A DNA stretch of 64,000 nucleotides, taken from positions 259,611 through 323,610 of IMG/VR virus record IMGVR_UViG_3300035208_004239; one strand, 5' to 3'. Of this stretch, positions 59,050 through 64,000 are shown in pieces (within the stretch, counting starts at the first letter, position 1; the number at the start of each line of letters is the position of its first letter). Both the position numbers and the translations under genes were made by a program. The notes beneath the pieces are model-generated. The model did not search any database, was not told where the DNA came from, and saw nothing but the letters and a program-made list of their open reading frames with translations. This stretch comes from a virus. Taxonomy: Duplodnaviria; Heunggongvirae; Uroviricota; Caudoviricetes.

Positions 59050-59451
59050 ATGAATAATGTTAAATTTTCATATAAAGCTATAAAAGATTGTATATTTTTA
59101 GGTGTTAAATATAAGTATGAAAGTTATGATCATCAAAAAGCAATATTAGAATTTAATGATCATTTACATAAAATTGGTAAGTTACGTGTTGATGAAAATT
59201 TAATAGATAGTAATGAATTTATTCCTGATAATATTAAACAAAATTGTATTGTTTGGCGTATTGGAAAAATTAGGAAAATTAAATTTAATCCCCAAGGTAA
59301 AATGTGGATATTTTATATTGGAAATCGTAGAGCTAAAAGATTTTTTTGTGATGATTTTGGTATTAAAGTATTTCCAATAATTCATAAAATTGATGATAAA
59401 TACAATTTAATTAATCAAAATTTAGCTATCGATATTGAAACTATTCTGTAA
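59050..59451 (+). CDS. hypothetical protein
   Basis: 133-aa ORF. Confidence 0.4.
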   Translation: MNNVKFSYKAIKDCIFLGVKYKYESYDHQKAILEFNDHLHKIGKLRVDENLIDSNEFIPDNIKQNCIVWRIGKIRKIKFNPQGKMWIFYIGNRRAKRFFCDDFGIKVFPIIHKIDDKYNLINQNLAIDIETIL

Positions 59452-59493
59452 CAGAATTAAATATTTATCGTATAATTATTATAAATTTTAATA

Positions 59494-59967
59494 ATGGAAA
59501 AACTAAAAGAAATTATTCAAAACAATCGTATGAGTGCCAGACCTGAATATTATTCAGGAAGAGGTGCTACTATAAGCGATCTTAATGATCAAATTCTTGA
59601 AGGAATTTATCAGGGTATTAAAAAAGAATATGGTGATAAACCTGCCGAAAATTTTGTGAAAATGGTAGAAGATATTACAATACTTTCGGCAACAACCTTT
59701 CTACAAGAACTTTATGATCTATTTAATTGTAATTGGAAATATAAAAAAAAGAAACAACACGCCATTGGTATTACCATTCAAAAAAATGAAAATGGTGAAT
59801 ATGATGAAGGAAGCATTACACAAGGAATTGTAAGTATATTTTCAGCAATATTAAATAGTGACCGGGATGATACCAATATAATTAAAGGACATTTTCTTCG
59901 TATTCACGGTATTAAACCCAAAGAACTTATATTTGATAATGATGGTCGATCTTCTTGGTATTATTAA
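59494..59967 (+). CDS. hypothetical protein
   Basis: 157-aa ORF. Confidence 0.4.
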   Translation: MEKLKEIIQNNRMSARPEYYSGRGATISDLNDQILEGIYQGIKKEYGDKPAENFVKMVEDITILSATTFLQELYDLFNCNWKYKKKKQHAIGITIQKNENGEYDEGSITQGIVSIFSAILNSDRDDTNIIKGHFLRIHGIKPKELIFDNDGRSSWYY

Positions 59968-60221
59968 TGATTAAAGCAGGTGATATATTAATTGTTGATC
60001 ATGAATTGATCAATGAATCTGCTGAAATTGTTCTTGCAGAAAACGAAAAAGTGGTTGTTCGTGAATTAATGATTATAGAAGCACACTGGTCACGATTATG
60101 TCCAGATATTTGGATATCTGAAGAACTTCTCGGCATAATGCTTGAAAATCATTATGGTATTTTTAAACCAAGAGTATTTAAAGAATTTAATAAATCTTTA
60201 CTTGAATATGAAAAAAAATAA
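59955..60221 (+). CDS. hypothetical protein
   Basis: 88-aa ORF overlapping neighbours. Confidence 0.35.
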   Translation: MVLLMIKAGDILIVDHELINESAEIVLAENEKVVVRELMIIEAHWSRLCPDIWISEELLGIMLENHYGIFKPRVFKEFNKSLLEYEKK

Positions 60222-60435
60222 AAGAAAAGACGTTTCACTTGGTCAAAAATTTCAATATCCTTTTTTAGCAATTAATGAAATGGATATAAGTAAAGGTGTA
60301 GTTAAATATAAAACAGATGTAGTTGGTATTGCTTGTCAATTTAGTTCTCAACCAAAACTTAAACGTGAAGATTTTAATGGGATAATGGATTTGACTCTTA
60401 ATGAAATTGTAAATATTTTAGAAATAGAATTATGA
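60208..60435 (+). CDS. small protein translationally coupled to radical-SAM gene
   Basis: 75 aa from Met 60208 (in frame with track ORF 60142); ATGA overlap with 60432 gene. Confidence 0.35.
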   Translation: MKKNKRKDVSLGQKFQYPFLAINEMDISKGVVKYKTDVVGIACQFSSQPKLKREDFNGIMDLTLNEIVNILEIEL

Positions 60436-61232
60436 AACCTTGTGAGATTTGTTTAGAAAAAGAATGCAAATCCAAAAACGGTATTGGTAGTTGCAATTGC
60501 GAAACTTGCAAGGTTAAAGAAAAATGTCTAAGAAAACTTCGTGCAACTATTCGTATTACTCTTAAATGTACACAATCGTGTAAACATTGTTGTTACGAAT
60601 GTTCCCCATTAAAGGAAACACATATGTCGATTGAAACTGCGAAAAATGTCACTTCATTTTTAATTAAAAATGAAATATATTCAGTTAATCTTATGGGAGG
60701 GGAAATATTTTGTAATCCAAACTGGCGAGAAATATTAGACCTAATAATACCAGCGGTAGAAATTACAAGAATAGTTTCAAATGGTGATTGGGCAACAGAA
60801 GAAAAAGAATTCGCAAATTATCTTACTAAATTTAAAAATTGTTATGTATCTTTATCTAAAGACATATGGCATACTAATAAAAATATTGAAAAAGCAGAAA
60901 AATTCTTAAAAGAAAATAATATCATTTATAAAATTTCGGATTTAGATGAATCTGAATTTAGTTTAGTACCTGTTGGTAGGTCACAATTTTCAAGTGGATT
61001 ATTTTCTATGTTCGGTTGTTATTGTCATAATCCAGAACATCAATATTCATTTTTAATTGATGAAATTGGAAAAATTTATAAATGTGCATTTGGTATTTGG
61101 GATTATGCCGAAATTAATGATTATATTTGTGGTGGTTTTGCTGCCAGATTTAAAGAATTTAATAAATTATTTTATAATACATTTATATCCAATTGCACTC
61201 GATGTTCACAATCATATCAATTTAATTTATAA
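60432..61232 (+). CDS. radical SAM enzyme with N-terminal Cys-rich zinc-ribbon-like segment and C-terminal Cys-rich (SPASM/twitch-like) segment
   Basis: CTQSCKHC (CxxxCxxC) then NLMGGEIF glycine motif; N-term CEIC...CNCETC; C-term GCYC...KCAF...YICGG...SNCTRC. Confidence 0.55.
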   Translation: MKPCEICLEKECKSKNGIGSCNCETCKVKEKCLRKLRATIRITLKCTQSCKHCCYECSPLKETHMSIETAKNVTSFLIKNEIYSVNLMGGEIFCNPNWREILDLIIPAVEITRIVSNGDWATEEKEFANYLTKFKNCYVSLSKDIWHTNKNIEKAEKFLKENNIIYKISDLDESEFSLVPVGRSQFSSGLFSMFGCYCHNPEHQYSFLIDEIGKIYKCAFGIWDYAEINDYICGGFAARFKEFNKLFYNTFISNCTRCSQSYQFNL

Positions 61233-61237
61233 ATATT

Positions 61238-61444
61238 ATGAGTAGTTTAAAAAATTTTTTAGTAGCATACTCTTTATTTGCTGCACCAATAATGGAAGAG
61301 ATTGCTACGTCTGCAAAGTGGAAAGCAAAAATATTAGAGAAATGGGAAGAATCTAAAAATTTTCCACGAAAAAAAAAGAAAAAAATTAGAAAAGAACTTC
61401 AATTAGATTGGAGTATTGCCTGTTATAACCCTTATGATTTTTAA
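61238..61444 (+). CDS. small hypothetical protein
   Basis: 68-aa ORF. Confidence 0.3.
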   Translation: MSSLKNFLVAYSLFAAPIMEEIATSAKWKAKILEKWEESKNFPRKKKKKIRKELQLDWSIACYNPYDF

Positions 61445-61445
61445 T

Positions 61446-61802
61446 ATGAAAACATTAAAAAATTATTCGAAAATATTAATAATAATTACATTATTTATTA
61501 TTAGTGAATCATTATTAATTTCATGTAAACCTAAACCCTTAAATGGAAAAGGAAGTCGTTATATTCAAATTGAACCTAAATCAAAAAAAGAAAATCTTCA
61601 AAAGACTAAAGAAAAAACTAATACGGGAAGAATTAAAATAATTGAAAATTTTAAAATTGATTGTTCCTGTAATATCACTGATATTAATATTATTGAAATT
61701 GATGGTCAGGAATATATTTATGTAAGAAATGGTACAATTACACCACTTAAAAAATATCCTAAAAATTATGGATTTTATTTGGGTAATGACACTACAGAAT
61801 GA
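61446..61802 (+). CDS. small lipoprotein-like protein
   Basis: Met 61446 in frame with track ORF 61416; signal peptide ILIIITLFIISESLLISC. Confidence 0.35.
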   Translation: MKTLKNYSKILIIITLFIISESLLISCKPKPLNGKGSRYIQIEPKSKKENLQKTKEKTNTGRIKIIENFKIDCSCNITDINIIEIDGQEYIYVRNGTITPLKKYPKNYGFYLGNDTTE

Positions 61803-61981
61803 ATAAACTTGAAGAAATAGGACTTCAAAAACTTGAAGAACACCTATATAAAATATTGGAAAATCTTCAAGATAAAGAAGAAGGTAGACAAGAATATTTA
61901 AGAACTTTTACTAAAGAAAAGATTCAACATACTATAGATGTTTTAAATGCATTACAAGAAAATAACAAACAACTAAAATGA
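61799..61981 (+). CDS. small hypothetical protein
   Basis: 60-aa ORF, ATGA overlap. Confidence 0.3.
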   Translation: MNKLEEIGLQKLEEHLYKILENLQDKEEGRQEYLRTFTKEKIQHTIDVLNALQENNKQLK

Positions 61982-62241
61982 TGAAAAAATTAAAACCATT
62001 TATCGAATATCTTGATGAAGGTGATGATTATGAACCACCAATACAAGAAGAAGTAACTCAAATTATTGAAATACGGTTGTATTGTGAGCATAAAGGTTGT
62101 AAAAAATACATTAAAGGTAATATGGGATACAATGGTGCGTTTCATGATGAAACTGGTAAATATGCTGATTTAAGAAATCAATCGTGGATTTGTAGTGAAC
62201 ATCAACCAAAAAAAATGAATAATTATGGAATATACATTTAA
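61978..62241 (+). CDS. hypothetical protein with C-x2-H...C-x3-H-type Cys/His pairs
   Basis: 87-aa ORF. Confidence 0.35.
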   Translation: MMKKLKPFIEYLDEGDDYEPPIQEEVTQIIEIRLYCEHKGCKKYIKGNMGYNGAFHDETGKYADLRNQSWICSEHQPKKMNNYGIYI

Positions 62242-62419
62242 ACTCGATTCATATCAAATAAAAAAACTTGAAGATTGGGAGAAAAAAATTAAAGAAGAAC
62301 ATGGTGAATATGGAACATTTACTTATTCTTTCACACCATGTGGTATGGGAACAGCAGTAAAAGTACGTAGTCATAAAACAAAGAAAACATTGGATTTATC
62401 TGATGTAGATAATTGGTAA
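62225..62419 (+). CDS. small hypothetical protein
   Basis: 64-aa ORF. Confidence 0.3.
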   Translation: MEYTFKLDSYQIKKLEDWEKKIKEEHGEYGTFTYSFTPCGMGTAVKVRSHKTKKTLDLSDVDNW

Positions 62420-62742
62420 ATATGAATATTACATATAAACAAAATGCAGTTTTGAATGGTGATCACTATCATCATTTTGGTATTCAACCTTCGCTTGCAA
62501 ATCTTTATGGTGATAAACCAGAAGATATTGTTGAGGTAGAAATTAAAATTAGTGAAGATCAAACTATACCAAAACATGATAATAAATTAAATCCCGATTA
62601 TTGGGGATGGTTTGATGATGATCGGCAGGAATTTACAATGATTTATGCAAAACGATTTTTATTGGAAATGTGTTTTCCAAATGGAATAAAACCATGTGAA
62701 GAAAAAAATCAAGGTAAAGCATACAGATTAGAAATAATTTAA
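62413..62742 (+). CDS. hypothetical protein
   Basis: 109-aa ORF. Confidence 0.35.
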   Translation: MVNMNITYKQNAVLNGDHYHHFGIQPSLANLYGDKPEDIVEVEIKISEDQTIPKHDNKLNPDYWGWFDDDRQEFTMIYAKRFLLEMCFPNGIKPCEEKNQGKAYRLEII

Positions 62743-62753
62743 AATAAAATGCT

Positions 62754-63389
62754 ATGAATTTTAATGTTGATAGATTTAAAGAATTAAAAAACGAAATTTT
62801 ACTTAAATGGGTAAAAAAATTAAAAAAATCAGATGCTGAAGGATATGCAATTGGTGATTTAGTTGAAGAAATTCTAAATGCACTAAAATCTGGAAAGTAC
62901 GATATTTGTATTCCCGGTTTATATTACAGATATAAAAAAACTGAAGATAGTGAGATTAAAAATTACTTATCTAAAATAAAATTAGTAAAGAAAGAGCATA
63001 AAGGAGTTGAGAGTATTTTTGGTTATTATCCGTTAAGCGAAGAATCAATGAAAAAAATAATGGAAAATCCTCGAAATATTTCATTAACTTTTGATGCAGA
63101 AGAAACTTTAAATGAAGCACTTCCCGGACTTGAAGAATATAAAACCATTGTTTTTCTGATTAAATCAACTTCCCGTTTCTTTTTAAAACCAGATATTGGT
63201 GAAGTATTTGATCAGATAAATTTTCACGATTTATTTGAACCTTACAAATTTTCAGCAATTTGTGTGAATTTGAAAGATTATGAAACTCTTGATGGAACAG
63301 ATGGTGAGCATTTTTTAATGACAGCAACACTTTTAAGAGAAATTGATGCTGAGAAAAAAGAGGCAATAAAAAAATTACATGAACTTTAA
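62754..63389 (+). CDS. hypothetical protein
   Basis: 211-aa ORF. Confidence 0.4.
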   Translation: MNFNVDRFKELKNEILLKWVKKLKKSDAEGYAIGDLVEEILNALKSGKYDICIPGLYYRYKKTEDSEIKNYLSKIKLVKKEHKGVESIFGYYPLSEESMKKIMENPRNISLTFDAEETLNEALPGLEEYKTIVFLIKSTSRFFLKPDIGEVFDQINFHDLFEPYKFSAICVNLKDYETLDGTDGEHFLMTATLLREIDAEKKEAIKKLHEL

Positions 63390-63401
63390 ATAAAAATAGT
63401 T

Positions 63402-63671
63402 ATGATTGGAATGATTCTTTCTTTTTTTAAAAACATGATTTGGTTAGGATTTTCCTTAGTTGAATCACTCGTATTTACTTTGGCTTTTAATTTTTTAGCA
63501 CCAAGAGTGAATGAAATTTATTTAGTAAATATCACATGGAAACTTCCTTTTGTACACGTGCATTTTTGGCACGTGTTCACATTTTTTATAGTAATACATT
63601 ATGTTGGACAGTTTATACAAAACATTACACCTAAAATAGTCAATGTAACTAATAACAACAAAAATGACTGA
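63402..63671 (+). CDS. small membrane protein
   Basis: 89 aa, hydrophobic. Confidence 0.35.
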   Translation: MIGMILSFFKNMIWLGFSLVESLVFTLAFNFLAPRVNEIYLVNITWKLPFVHVHFWHVFTFFIVIHYVGQFIQNITPKIVNVTNNNKND

Positions 63672-64000
63672 AAATATAAAAAATGCAATTGAAAAATATC
63701 AATGTCCCGGTTGTATAAAAGGTAGAAATATCACATGCTTTCAACCAAATGAAAATGGTGGTGTTGGTTGTGGTAAACATAGTGCCGGGACATATATTCC
63801 CTATATTGGTTGTATATTATTGGGTACACCAAAAGGTTTTAATCGACTTGGTGAATTAGATAAAATGAGACCCAATATTTTTGAAAATTATAATGATCCT
63901 GATTGGATATTTGATATATGGAATATCCCGGTTTGGAAATACTTATCTGAGGATGGGCATACTTTTATTAGAGGATTGATACCAAGAAGAAATGAACCAT
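63664..64000 (+). CDS. 5' part of a CDS running off the window end (Cys-containing, CPGC...C-x-C)
   Basis: ATG 63664 overlapping upstream stop; open to window end: MTENIKNAIEKYQCPGCIKGRNITCFQPNENGGVGCGKHS... Confidence 0.35.
   Translation, partial: MTENIKNAIEKYQCPGCIKGRNITCFQPNENGGVGCGKHSAGTYIPYIGCILLGTPKGFNRLGELDKMRPNIFENYNDPDWIFDIWNIPVWKYLSEDGHTFIRGLIPRRNEP

Noticed and set aside
1-64000. CRISPR array, rRNA, tmRNA, integrase/att sites
   Set aside because: No regularly spaced direct repeats, no rRNA-like conserved blocks, and no tyrosine or serine recombinase motifs were seen. The tRNA-like units are too short (about 150 nt) and too differently organised for tmRNA.
1-64000. Alternative genetic code (stop-codon reassignment)
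   Set aside because: Under the standard code the genes are long, contiguous and tightly packed with sensible motifs. No recurrent in-frame TAG or TGA is needed. The single in-frame TAA at 7936-7938 is better explained as a pseudogene.

Overview
This is a 64 kb, very AT-rich window (roughly 70% A+T by eye, not computed) with densely packed, often overlapping genes and no Shine-Dalgarno motifs upstream of starts. The content is that of a large tailed dsDNA phage (caudovirus) genome segment, and the low GC with SD-less starts points to a Bacteroidota-type host; this is inference only. Most genes are on the + strand. One Hsp20 gene is on the - strand, and one 10.5 kb - strand block (23135-33659) holds membrane and secreted proteins plus small enzymes.

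Genes I can recognise from motifs:
- Recombination and repair: a single-chain Mre11/SbcD-Rad50/SbcC fusion, an ATP-dependent DNA ligase, a Dda/RecD-like helicase, a RuvC-like resolvase, DnaQ-like exonucleases and an ArdC-like protein.
- Nucleotide metabolism: dCMP deaminase, DHFR, a nucleoside 2-deoxyribosyltransferase-like protein, Nudix, two HD-domain proteins, and a 5'-truncated adenylosuccinate-synthetase (PurA/PurZ)-like fragment.
- Two sigma-70-family factors.
- Lysis genes: a holin-like protein with a T7-lysozyme-type amidase, an M23 peptidase and a 3D-domain protein.
- Others: thioredoxin, Hsp20, a NADAR-domain protein, a SAM methyltransferase, a radical-SAM/Cys-rich enzyme and a LamG-domain lipoprotein.

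The most unusual region is a roughly 0.9 kb non-coding, GC-richer stretch (37441-38330). It carries three tandem tRNA-like units with canonical T-arms and perfectly paired 7-bp acceptor stems (one unit has 6/7), but each is about 135-160 nt long with a huge anticodon-side loop and a long variable hairpin.

Other irregularities: an SPFH/band-7 gene broken by a perfect 16-bp tandem duplication; a NUMOD3-repeat homing-endonuclease remnant in an 'intergenic' gap; a 20-bp tandem duplication in a promoter region; and a structured non-coding patch (55404-55829) with GNRA and UUCG tetraloop hairpins. I found no CRISPR array, rRNA, integrase or evidence of genetic-code reassignment.
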